From Vibrio vulnificus CMCP6 (GTDB lineage Bacteria; Pseudomonadota; Gammaproteobacteria; Enterobacterales; Vibrionaceae): a stretch of DNA of 32,000 nt. The stretch covers positions 1,830,001 through 1,862,000 of the forward strand of contig NC_004459.3 in the NCBI RefSeq assembly GCF_000039765.1, in the 5' to 3' direction. The stretch's first letter is position 1. The number at the start of each line of letters is the position of its first letter. Below the pieces are notes generated by a model. The model did not search any database and had not been told where the DNA came from. It was given only the letters and a program-made list of their open reading frames with translations. Made by a program: the position numbers and the translations under genes. Below are positions 24,909-32,000 of this stretch, piece by piece.

Positions 24909-24938
24909 CCGTATCCAGAATTAACTGAGGAATAGAGA

Positions 24939-25781
24939 ATGGCTGTTACTGCTGCTCTAGTAAAAGAACTGCGCGAACGTACTGGCGCAGGTATGATGGA
25001 ATGTAAGAAGGCGCTTGTTGAAACTAACGGCGACGTTGAACTAGCAATTGAAAACATGCGTAAGTCTGGCGCAGCGAAAGCAGCTAAGAAAGCTGGTAAC
25101 GTTGCAGCTGAAGGCGCAATCTTCATCAAAGAAGAAAACGGTGTTGCAGTTCTTCTTGAAGTAAACTGTCAGACTGACTTCGTTGCTAAAGACGGTAACT
25201 TTACTGCATTCGCTGGCAAAGTTGCAGCTGAAGCATTGGCATCTAAAGCGTCTATCGAAGAGCTACAAGCTAAATTCGAAGAAGAGCGTGTTGCTCTAGT
25301 TGCTAAGATCGGTGAAAACATCAACATCCGTCGCGTTCAGTTCGTTGAAGGTACTGCGCTAGCTTCTTACCGTCACGGTGAGAAAATCGGTGTTGTTGTT
25401 GCTGGTGAAGGTGATGCTGAAACTCTAAAACACATCGCAATGCACGTTGCGGCTTCTCGCCCAGAATACGTGAACCCAGAAGACGTACCAGCTGACGTTG
25501 TAGCGAAAGAGCGTGAAGTTCAAGTAGAAATCGCTATGAACGAAGGTAAGCCAAAAGAAATCGCAGAGAAAATGGTTGAAGGCCGCATGAAGAAATTCAC
25601 TGGCGAAGTTTCTCTGACTGGTCAACCATTCGTAATGGAACCTAAGAAATCTGTTGCTGAAATCCTTAAAGAGCGTGGCGCTTCTGTTGTTACTTTCGTT
25701 CGCCTAGAAGTTGGTGAAGGTATCGAGAAGGCTGAAGGCCTAAGCTTCGCAGAAGAAGTTGCACTGGCTCAAAAAGGTTAA
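24939..25781 (+). CDS. tsf: Translation elongation factor Ts
   Basis: [44 protein letters not shown].. is the canonical EF-Ts N-terminus. Confidence 0.97.
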   Translation: MAVTAALVKELRERTGAGMMECKKALVETNGDVELAIENMRKSGAAKAAKKAGNVAAEGAIFIKEENGVAVLLEVNCQTDFVAKDGNFTAFAGKVAAEALASKASIEELQAKFEEERVALVAKIGENINIRRVQFVEGTALASYRHGEKIGVVVAGEGDAETLKHIAMHVAASRPEYVNPEDVPADVVAKEREVQVEIAMNEGKPKEIAEKMVEGRMKKFTGEVSLTGQPFVMEPKKSVAEILKERGASVVTFVRLEVGEGIEKAEGLSFAEEVALAQKG

Positions 25782-25804
25782 TCCTTAGAGATTGTGCAAA
25801 GATT

Positions 25805-25833
25805 AGACCGTAGCCAAGGCTGCGGTCTTTTTA
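25805..25833 (+). terminator. Rho-independent terminator after tsf
   Basis: Stem agaccgtagc/gctgcggtct (with one G-U pair) followed by TTTTT. Confidence 0.8.
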
Positions 25834-25995
25834 CGAATAAGCGGTAAATTTTAGCCGTGATGAATTGGGATTGAACACTGACTTTTGCATTAGCCAGTGA
25901 CGAGATGAGAGTGAGAAAGTCATTCCTCACCACGCTCTTCCCTAATCTCAATTCATGACTGTTAACCAACAACTCTTTTTTGTAAGGTGTACTCC

Positions 25996-26721
25996 ATGAC
26001 GACTAACCCTAAACCAGCGTATCAACGTATTCTGTTAAAACTGAGTGGCGAAGCTCTGCAAGGCTCAGAAGGTTTTGGTATTGACCCTACTGTACTTGAT
26101 CGTATGGCTCAGGAAGTAAAAGAATTAGTAGAACTTGGTGTACAAGTTGGTGTGGTTATCGGTGGCGGTAACTTGTTCCGTGGTGCTGGTCTAGCGCAAG
26201 CTGGTATGAACCGTGTTGTGGGTGACCACATGGGTATGCTAGCAACGGTAATGAATGGCCTAGCGATGCGCGATGCGCTACACCGTGCTTACGTAAATGC
26301 ACGCGTGATGTCTGCAATTCCACTTAACGGTGTTTGTGATGACTACAACTGGGCAGACGCCATCCGCGAACTTCGCCAAGGTCGCGTGGTTATTTTTGCC
26401 GCAGGTACTGGCAACCCATTCTTCACTACGGATTCTGCTGCTTGCCTACGTGGTATTGAGATTGAAGCGGATGTAGTTCTAAAAGCGACTAAAGTGGATG
26501 GCGTATTTACTGCTGACCCGGTAGCCAACCCAGACGCAGAGCTGTATGATAAGCTTTCTTACACCGATGTTCTTGAAAAAGAACTGAAAGTGATGGATTT
26601 GGCAGCATTTACATTGGCACGTGACCACAAAATGCCAATCCGCGTATTTAACATGAACAAGCCGGGTGCTTTGCGCCGCGTGGTGATGGGTGAAGCTGAA
26701 GGTACGCTAATTACCGCCTAA
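25996..26721 (+). CDS. pyrH: UMP kinase
   Basis: [21 protein letters not shown].. is colinear with E. coli PyrH. The ATG at 25996 is preferred to the GTG at 25987. Confidence 0.95.
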   Translation: MTTNPKPAYQRILLKLSGEALQGSEGFGIDPTVLDRMAQEVKELVELGVQVGVVIGGGNLFRGAGLAQAGMNRVVGDHMGMLATVMNGLAMRDALHRAYVNARVMSAIPLNGVCDDYNWADAIRELRQGRVVIFAAGTGNPFFTTDSAACLRGIEIEADVVLKATKVDGVFTADPVANPDAELYDKLSYTDVLEKELKVMDLAAFTLARDHKMPIRVFNMNKPGALRRVVMGEAEGTLITA

Positions 26722-26812
26722 GCTGTTAATATGCCATTGCAGATAAGGCAATGGCGTAAACGAACCCCGAACAAGCTTTCTAGTAGAAAGACGACATTTT
26801 TAAGGTGAAACC

Positions 26813-27369
26813 GTGATTAACGATATTAAAAAAGACGCGCAAGAGCGCATGGAAAAAAGTGTTGAAGCGCTTAAAAACAGCCTGTCTAAAGTTCGTACTG
26901 GTCGTGCGCACCCAAGTCTGCTGTCTGGTATCTCTGTAGATTACTACGGTGCAGCAACGCCGTTAACTCAAGTAGCGAACGTAATTGCGGAAGATGCGCG
27001 TACACTGGCTATCACTGTTTTTGATAAAGAGCTAACTCAGAAAGTTGAAAAAGCGATCATGATGTCTGACCTTGGTCTAAACCCAATGTCTGCAGGCACT
27101 GTTATTCGTGTTCCACTTCCCCGCTAACAGAAGAACGTCGTAAAGACCTAGTAAAAATCGTTCGTGGTGAAGCTGAAGGTGGTCGTGTCGCAGTTCGTAA
27201 CATCCGTCGTGACGCAAACAGCGATCTTAAAGCGCTACTGAAAGAAAAAGAAATTTCAGAAGATGAAGATCGTAAAGCGCAAGACGAAATTCAAAAACTC
27301 ACTGATGCTGCAGTGAAGAAGATCGACGACGTTCTTGCGGCAAAAGAAAAAGAGTTGATGGAAGTTTAA
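26813..27369 (+). pseudogene. frr: Ribosome recycling factor, reading frame broken by a 1-nt deletion as assembled
   Basis: A GTG start with an AAGGTGA RBS gives 103 conserved codons ending ..VIRVPLP, then R-stop at 27125-27127. The -1 frame from 27121 reads [82 protein letters not shown]-stop (27367-27369), which is the conserved C-terminal half. Restoring one nucleotide in the CCCC run (27119-27122) yields a 185-aa protein, the same length as E. coli Frr. Confidence 0.85.
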
Positions 27370-27393
27370 TATTTCCATTCACATCACTGTTGG

Positions 27394-27426
27394 AAAACGC
27401 TGTGTTCGCAGCACAGCGTTTTTTTG
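27394..27426 (+). terminator. Rho-independent terminator after frr
   Basis: 9-bp stem aacgctgtg/cacagcgtt with a 7-nt loop, followed by TTTTTTTG. Confidence 0.85.
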
Positions 27427-27465
27427 TGTTACTCTATCCAACTGATGGAACTCAGTTAACTCTTT

Positions 27466-28221
27466 ATGCAAAATTCTCAACTCTTCACCGAATCTCTTCC
27501 TAAGCATATTGCCATTATTATGGACGGCAATGGTCGCTGGGCTAAATCTAAGGGTCAACCTCGCGTCTTCGGACATAAAAAAGGGGTTAGCGCCGTTCGT
27601 AAAACCATCGCAGCTGCATCGAAACTGAATATCCAAGCCATTACGTTGTTTGCTTTTAGTAGTGAAAACTGGCGTCGTCCTGAAGAGGAAGTCGGATTGT
27701 TGATGGAACTTTTCATCACCGTACTGTCTAGCGAAGTGAAGAAGTTACATAAGAATAACCTGCGTTTACGCATCATCGGTGATACCTCACGTTTTAGCGA
27801 ACGTTTGCAAAAAAAGATTGTAGAAGCACAAGAGCTAACAGCAAGTAACACGGGTATGGTGATTAATGTTGCTGCTAACTACGGTGGCAAATGGGATATC
27901 ACTCAGGCCGTACAAAAAGTGGCGCAGCAAGTGGCACTTGGTGATCTGTCGGCTGAGGACATTACGGAAGACGACATTGCTAAGCATCTGACCATGTCAG
28001 ATCTGCCAGAAGTGGACCTGCTCATTCGCACGAGTGGAGAATGCCGCATTAGTAATTTTATGTTGTGGCAAATGGCCTATGCTGAAATGTACTTTACTCC
28101 TGTATTCTGGCCCGATTTTGGTGAAGAAAGCCTGATTGAGGCGATCACATGGTTTGTAAATCGCGAGCGCCGTTTTGGTTGTACTGGCGAGCAAATCAAG
28201 GCCCTGATGAGTGCTCAATAA
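27466..28221 (+). CDS. uppS: Ditrans,polycis-undecaprenyl-diphosphate synthase
   Basis: ..[45 protein letters not shown].. are canonical cis-prenyltransferase motifs. Confidence 0.95.
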   Translation: MQNSQLFTESLPKHIAIIMDGNGRWAKSKGQPRVFGHKKGVSAVRKTIAAASKLNIQAITLFAFSSENWRRPEEEVGLLMELFITVLSSEVKKLHKNNLRLRIIGDTSRFSERLQKKIVEAQELTASNTGMVINVAANYGGKWDITQAVQKVAQQVALGDLSAEDITEDDIAKHLTMSDLPEVDLLIRTSGECRISNFMLWQMAYAEMYFTPVFWPDFGEESLIEAITWFVNRERRFGCTGEQIKALMSAQ

Positions 28222-28227
28222 GGATCA

Positions 28228-29076
28228 ATGAGTTTGAAACAAAGAATAATTACTGCACTAATTCTTGCACCTTTGGTAATCCTGGGGATTTTTGAATTAT
28301 CTCTACCACTTTTTATCGCAGCGCTTACAGCCGTGACTTTTTTGGGCTTTTGGGAGTGGACTCAATTTGTTGAGGCAAAGTCTCGTATCAAAGCCATGCT
28401 GCCAGCGGTTGTTGTGACGATCGGCAGTTTTTTCTGGATTGAAGCCGATTCTGCCAGTCTGAATCAAATTGGCCTGCCGCACTATCTCATGCTAGCAGCA
28501 GGCAGTATCTGGTGGCTCTATGCCAGTGCTTTGGCCATCACTTATCCTAAATCCACACAGAGTTGGCAAGGTCACAAACCTCTACGTCACCTTTTTGGCT
28601 TGCTTACCCTTATTCCTTTCATGTGGAGCGTGATTTTATTACGCGCCGTTGATATTGAAAGCGCCCCTTATTTTGGTGCAAAACTGGTGATGTTTGTGTG
28701 TCTCTTAGTTTGGGCAGCAGACAGCGGTGCCTATTTCGCGGGTAAAACTTTGGGTAAGCGTAAAATGGCACCTAAAGTGAGTCCAAACAAAACCATCGAA
28801 GGCCTTATTGGTGGCGTTATTACTGCCATTATTGTTGGTTGGTTCTTCTCTGGTTGGTTTGACATTCCATTCTCTAGCCCACTACACATGGTTTTGATTA
28901 CGCTTGCCACCGTGGTTATTTCGGTGCTTGGGGACCTTGTCGAAAGTATGTTTAAGCGAGAGTCGGGCATCAAAGACAGCAGTAATATCATTCCAGGTCA
29001 TGGCGGTATCCTTGACCGAATCGATAGCCTTACTGCCGCATTTCCGATTTTTGCTCTTCTTTATTTCTTGTTCTGA
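28228..29076 (+). CDS. cdsA: Phosphatidate cytidylyltransferase (CDP-diglyceride synthase)
   Basis: Polytopic membrane protein with the C-terminal CdsA signature ..SVLGDLVESMFKRESGIKDSSNIIPGHGGILDRIDS.. Confidence 0.93.
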   Translation: MSLKQRIITALILAPLVILGIFELSLPLFIAALTAVTFLGFWEWTQFVEAKSRIKAMLPAVVVTIGSFFWIEADSASLNQIGLPHYLMLAAGSIWWLYASALAITYPKSTQSWQGHKPLRHLFGLLTLIPFMWSVILLRAVDIESAPYFGAKLVMFVCLLVWAADSGAYFAGKTLGKRKMAPKVSPNKTIEGLIGGVITAIIVGWFFSGWFDIPFSSPLHMVLITLATVVISVLGDLVESMFKRESGIKDSSNIIPGHGGILDRIDSLTAAFPIFALLYFLF

Positions 29077-29134
29077 TATTTATAAGGGGAGATGATGCCG
29101 TTTCCCCTTTTGTTTCTTTATTCGGTCAACAGTT

Positions 29135-30343
29135 ATGCAAAAGCTAACGATTCTAGGTGCAACAGGCTCAATTGGTGCAAGCACTCTAAAAGTCATTGAA
29201 CAAAACCCAGATAAGTTTTCTGTGGTTGCCTTGGCTGCAGATTCAAATGTGGAGAAAATGCAGCAACTTTGCCAACGATGGCAGCCGGAATACGCTGTTA
29301 TGGCCAATAAAGAAGCTGCGCTGCGTCTTAAAATGGCGCTTGCCGTCTTGGCTCCCAACACACAAGTTCTTGGTGGACAAGAAGCACTTTGCTATGTCGC
29401 TACGCTTGAGCAGGTAGACAGCGTGATGGCCGCGATTGTTGGAGCGGCAGGTCTAGTCCCTACCATGGCGGCAGTCAAAGCAGGCAAACGTATTTTGCTG
29501 GCGAATAAAGAAGCCTTAGTCATGTCTGGGCAACTGTTTATTGATGAAGTCGAAAAATCAGGCGCTCAGTTGTTGCCTGTAGACAGTGAACATAACGCCA
29601 TTTTTCAATGTTTACCTCAAACCGTTCAGGGCAATCTTGGTCGCTGTGACTTAGCGTCTCAAGGGGTGAGCCATATCCTATTGACCGGTTCTGGTGGGCC
29701 GTTTCGTTACACTGATGTGGCCGAATTAGAAGCAGTGACACCAGAGCAGGCGATTGCTCATCCTAACTGGTCTATGGGGCCAAAAATTTCGGTTGATTCT
29801 GCGACGATGATGAATAAAGGCTTAGAGTATATCGAAGCCAAATGGTTATTTAATGCCAGCAGAGATCAGCTTAAAGTGATCATTCATCCCCAGTCAGTGA
29901 TCCATTCGATGGTGCAATATCTCGATGGCTCGGTGTTGGCTCAGATGGGTGAGCCAGACATGGCGACGCCGATTGCGTTAACCCTGTCTTACCCCGAACG
30001 CGTTAAAGCGGGTGTGAAACCGTTGGATTTCACACAAGTTGGCGAACTCACTTTCCTACAACCTGATTTTGAACGTTACCCGTGTTTGGCACTAGCGATT
30101 GAGGCGTGTTACTTAGGTCAGCATGCGACAACGACGCTTAATGCTGCCAATGAAGTGGCGGTGGCGGCATTTCTTGCTCGCCAAATTAAATTTACAGATA
30201 TCGCCAGGGTGAATGACTCAGTTTTAAACCAAGTATGTAAACAGTCGTTAGCATCCGGCCTAGATAGCTTGGAAAGCTTATTAGAGCTCGATAGAATGGC
30301 AAGAACATTAGCCGATGAAGTTGTTAGAGAGCGTGCACAATGA
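29135..30343 (+). CDS. dxr: 1-deoxy-D-xylulose 5-phosphate reductoisomerase
   Basis: [21 protein letters not shown].., ..LANKEALV.., ..[11 protein letters not shown].. and ..[23 protein letters not shown].. are canonical Dxr motifs. Confidence 0.97.
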   Translation: MQKLTILGATGSIGASTLKVIEQNPDKFSVVALAADSNVEKMQQLCQRWQPEYAVMANKEAALRLKMALAVLAPNTQVLGGQEALCYVATLEQVDSVMAAIVGAAGLVPTMAAVKAGKRILLANKEALVMSGQLFIDEVEKSGAQLLPVDSEHNAIFQCLPQTVQGNLGRCDLASQGVSHILLTGSGGPFRYTDVAELEAVTPEQAIAHPNWSMGPKISVDSATMMNKGLEYIEAKWLFNASRDQLKVIIHPQSVIHSMVQYLDGSVLAQMGEPDMATPIALTLSYPERVKAGVKPLDFTQVGELTFLQPDFERYPCLALAIEACYLGQHATTTLNAANEVAVAAFLARQIKFTDIARVNDSVLNQVCKQSLASGLDSLESLLELDRMARTLADEVVRERAQ

Positions 30344-31698
30344 CAGATATCTTGTGGAACCTAGTCTCCTTTATCGTTGCGCTGGGCATCTTGGTGGCCG
30401 TGCACGAGTTTGGCCACTTTTGGGTCGCGCGCCGTTGTGGCGTGAAAGTAGAGAAGTTTTCAATTGGCTTCGGTAAATCCATTTGGAGTAAGGTCGGCCA
30501 AGACGGCACCGAGTACAGTATTTCCGTGATCCCTTTAGGGGGCTACGTCAAAATGCTGGATGGACGTGTTGATGAACTCAATGACGATGACCGTCAATAT
30601 GCTTTTGATAGCAAACCGTTATGGAAGCGTACTTCCATCGTCGCCGCAGGGCCGATATTTAACTTCTTGTTTGCGATTTTTGCCTACTGGTTAGTCTTTC
30701 TCATCGGTATACCAGCCGTCAAACCTGTGATTGGCCCTGTGACCCCGCATTCTATTGTCGCTGAAGCGGGAATTGAAACCGGAATGGAACTAAAAGCCAT
30801 TTCAGGTATCAAAACTCCCGATTGGGAATCGGTCAACATGCAGTTGATTTCTCATATTGGTGATGCCCAGATGGCGGTTACGGTAGCGCCTTCCGAGGAA
30901 ATAGGCTCCGAACGCACGGTGATGTTGGATATTTCCAATTGGAAGTTTGACCCTGAAAAAGAGTCAGCGATGTTGTCACTCGGTTTTCGTCCTTTTTCGC
31001 CTGAGATCTTCACGCGTTTAGCTAATGTTTCTCAAGGTGGTGCAGGAGAAAAAGCGGGCTTAGTGAACGGTGACCGATTGGTGGCCATCGATCAACAACC
31101 AATTGAACAGTGGGATGATGTTGTAGAGTGGATTCGTTCGAATCCTTCTAAATCATTGTCTGTTGAAGTTGAGCGTGCTGGGCAGAGGCAAGTGCTCACA
31201 TTAACACCAGACAGCCGTTCGTTGTCTGATGGTAGTGTGATCGGTTTTGCAGGTATTGCTCCAGAAGTCGCAGAATGGCCGGAAAGTTATCGCTTCGATC
31301 TCCAATTTGGTGTATTCGAATCTGTAGCCAAAGCCGTTGAGAAAACTGGGCAAGTTATCGATCTGACCATTAGCATGCTGAAGAAGCTGATAACTGGTGA
31401 TGTGGGTTTAAATAACCTAAGCGGACCGATCTCTATTGCCAAAGGTGCAGGCGCCACAGCAGACTATGGCTTAGTCTACTTTCTTGGCTTTCTTGCCCTT
31501 ATCAGTATCAACTTAGGGATAATTAACTTAGTGCCACTTCCAATGTTAGATGGTGGACATCTGTTGTTTTTTGCCATTGAGGCAGTCATCCGACGTCCAG
31601 TGCCTGAGAAAATTCAGGAAATGGGATACCGCATCGGCGGTGCAGTGATTTTTTCACTGATGGCGTTGGCATTATTTAATGATTTTACTCGTCTGTGA
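30340..31698 (+). CDS. rseP: Sigma-E protease regulator RseP (site-2 zinc metalloprotease)
   Basis: HEFGHF zinc motif near the N-terminus, central PDZ-like region, and C-terminal ..[15 protein letters not shown].. motif. ATGA overlap with dxr. Confidence 0.95.
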   Translation: MTDILWNLVSFIVALGILVAVHEFGHFWVARRCGVKVEKFSIGFGKSIWSKVGQDGTEYSISVIPLGGYVKMLDGRVDELNDDDRQYAFDSKPLWKRTSIVAAGPIFNFLFAIFAYWLVFLIGIPAVKPVIGPVTPHSIVAEAGIETGMELKAISGIKTPDWESVNMQLISHIGDAQMAVTVAPSEEIGSERTVMLDISNWKFDPEKESAMLSLGFRPFSPEIFTRLANVSQGGAGEKAGLVNGDRLVAIDQQPIEQWDDVVEWIRSNPSKSLSVEVERAGQRQVLTLTPDSRSLSDGSVIGFAGIAPEVAEWPESYRFDLQFGVFESVAKAVEKTGQVIDLTISMLKKLITGDVGLNNLSGPISIAKGAGATADYGLVYFLGFLALISINLGIINLVPLPMLDGGHLLFFAIEAVIRRPVPEKIQEMGYRIGGAVIFSLMALALFNDFTRL

Positions 31699-31743
31699 TG
31701 GTTCAGAGACAAAGAGCAGTAGCAAGGAATAATTAAAACAATT

Positions 31744-32000
31744 ATGGCGATCAAGCAGATTCTGTTCGCAACATTATTGGCAACCAGCGTGTCCGCAAAC
31801 GGAGCCCAAAACTTTGTTGTACAAGACATTAAAATTGAAGGACTACAGCGTGTAGCACTCGGTGCTGCATTGCTTAAAATGCCCGTCCGCGTGGGTGATA
31901 CGGTTGAACAAAAAGACGTATCGGCGATCATTAAGGCGTTATACGCATCAGGTAACTTTGAGGATGTCAAAGTTCTCCGTGATGGCGATGTGCTGATAGT
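31744..32000 (+). CDS. bamA: Outer membrane protein assembly factor BamA, 5' portion only (partial)
   Basis: My translation from the ATG at 31744 is [54 protein letters not shown].. That is a signal peptide plus the POTRA1 start typical of BamA. The frame runs off the right edge, so it is absent from the ORF track. Confidence 0.9.
   Translation, partial: MAIKQILFATLLATSVSANGAQNFVVQDIKIEGLQRVALGAALLKMPVRVGDTVEQKDVSAIIKALYASGNFEDVKVLRDGDVLI

Noticed and set aside
26732-26756. A 9-bp hairpin (tgccattgc/gcaatggcg) just after pyrH, as a possible terminator
   Set aside because: No U-tract follows it. pyrH-frr are normally co-transcribed or have separate promoters. The evidence is insufficient to call a terminator.
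27119-27127. Programmed ribosomal frameshifting in frr
   Set aside because: The required shift is -1, but there is no X_XXY_YYZ slippery heptamer, no obvious downstream stimulatory structure and no internal SD. CCC_C slippage would give +1, the wrong frame. An indel, real or artefactual, is the simpler explanation. It is retained as a finding because the gene is essential.
27466-30343. The gene order frr-uppS-cdsA-dxr differs from E. coli (frr-dxr-uppS-cdsA), which could indicate a local rearrangement
   Set aside because: To my knowledge this order is the normal arrangement in Vibrio genomes. There are no junction scars or repeats. It is a lineage trait, not an event in this window.

Overview
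This window reads as chromosomal DNA from a Vibrio-like gammaproteobacterium. I base that on gene order, protein families and roughly mid-40s %GC judged by eye; I cannot name a species. About two thirds is conserved housekeeping. On the minus strand: proS, trmO, glnD and map. On the plus strand: rpsB-tsf-pyrH-frr-uppS-cdsA-dxr-rseP-bamA, plus the yqcC-truC pair. There is also a Zur-box-controlled pair of zinc-independent ribosomal protein paralogs (rpmE2-rpmJ2).

The most interesting region is 9.57-14.73 kb. It holds a gap-free, overlapping five-gene minus-strand operon: a FabH-like KAS III, an extended SDR, an MBL-fold hydrolase, a coenzyme-F390-synthetase/PaaK-like adenylating enzyme and an ATP-grasp ligase. 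It has no ACP, transporter or regulator, and it looks AT-richer than its flanks. I cannot assign it to any characterised pathway. Its enzyme logic resembles Ole/beta-lactone chemistry with two swapped components and one added ligase; this is a hypothesis only.

Other notable items:
- The 830-bp ORF-free gap at 15.67-16.50 kb is explained by a CsrB-family sRNA. I count about 29 GGA motifs, several in hairpin loops, and it ends in an intrinsic terminator. An 18-bp GacA/UvrY/VarA-type palindrome lies about 170 bp upstream.
- The essential gene frr is split by a 1-nt frameshift in a CCCC run, as assembled.
- A near-perfect TrpR-type operator overlaps the promoter of an NSS-family Na+ symporter.
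- A (TAGGATC)6 heptamer array lies in a convergent intergenic region.
- A KfrA_N-like small gene overlaps yaiI by 4 nt.
- The left edge carries a partial secreted chitin-binding multi-domain protein that is absent from the ORF track.

All family calls come from motif and sequence recognition by eye. No database search or computation was possible.
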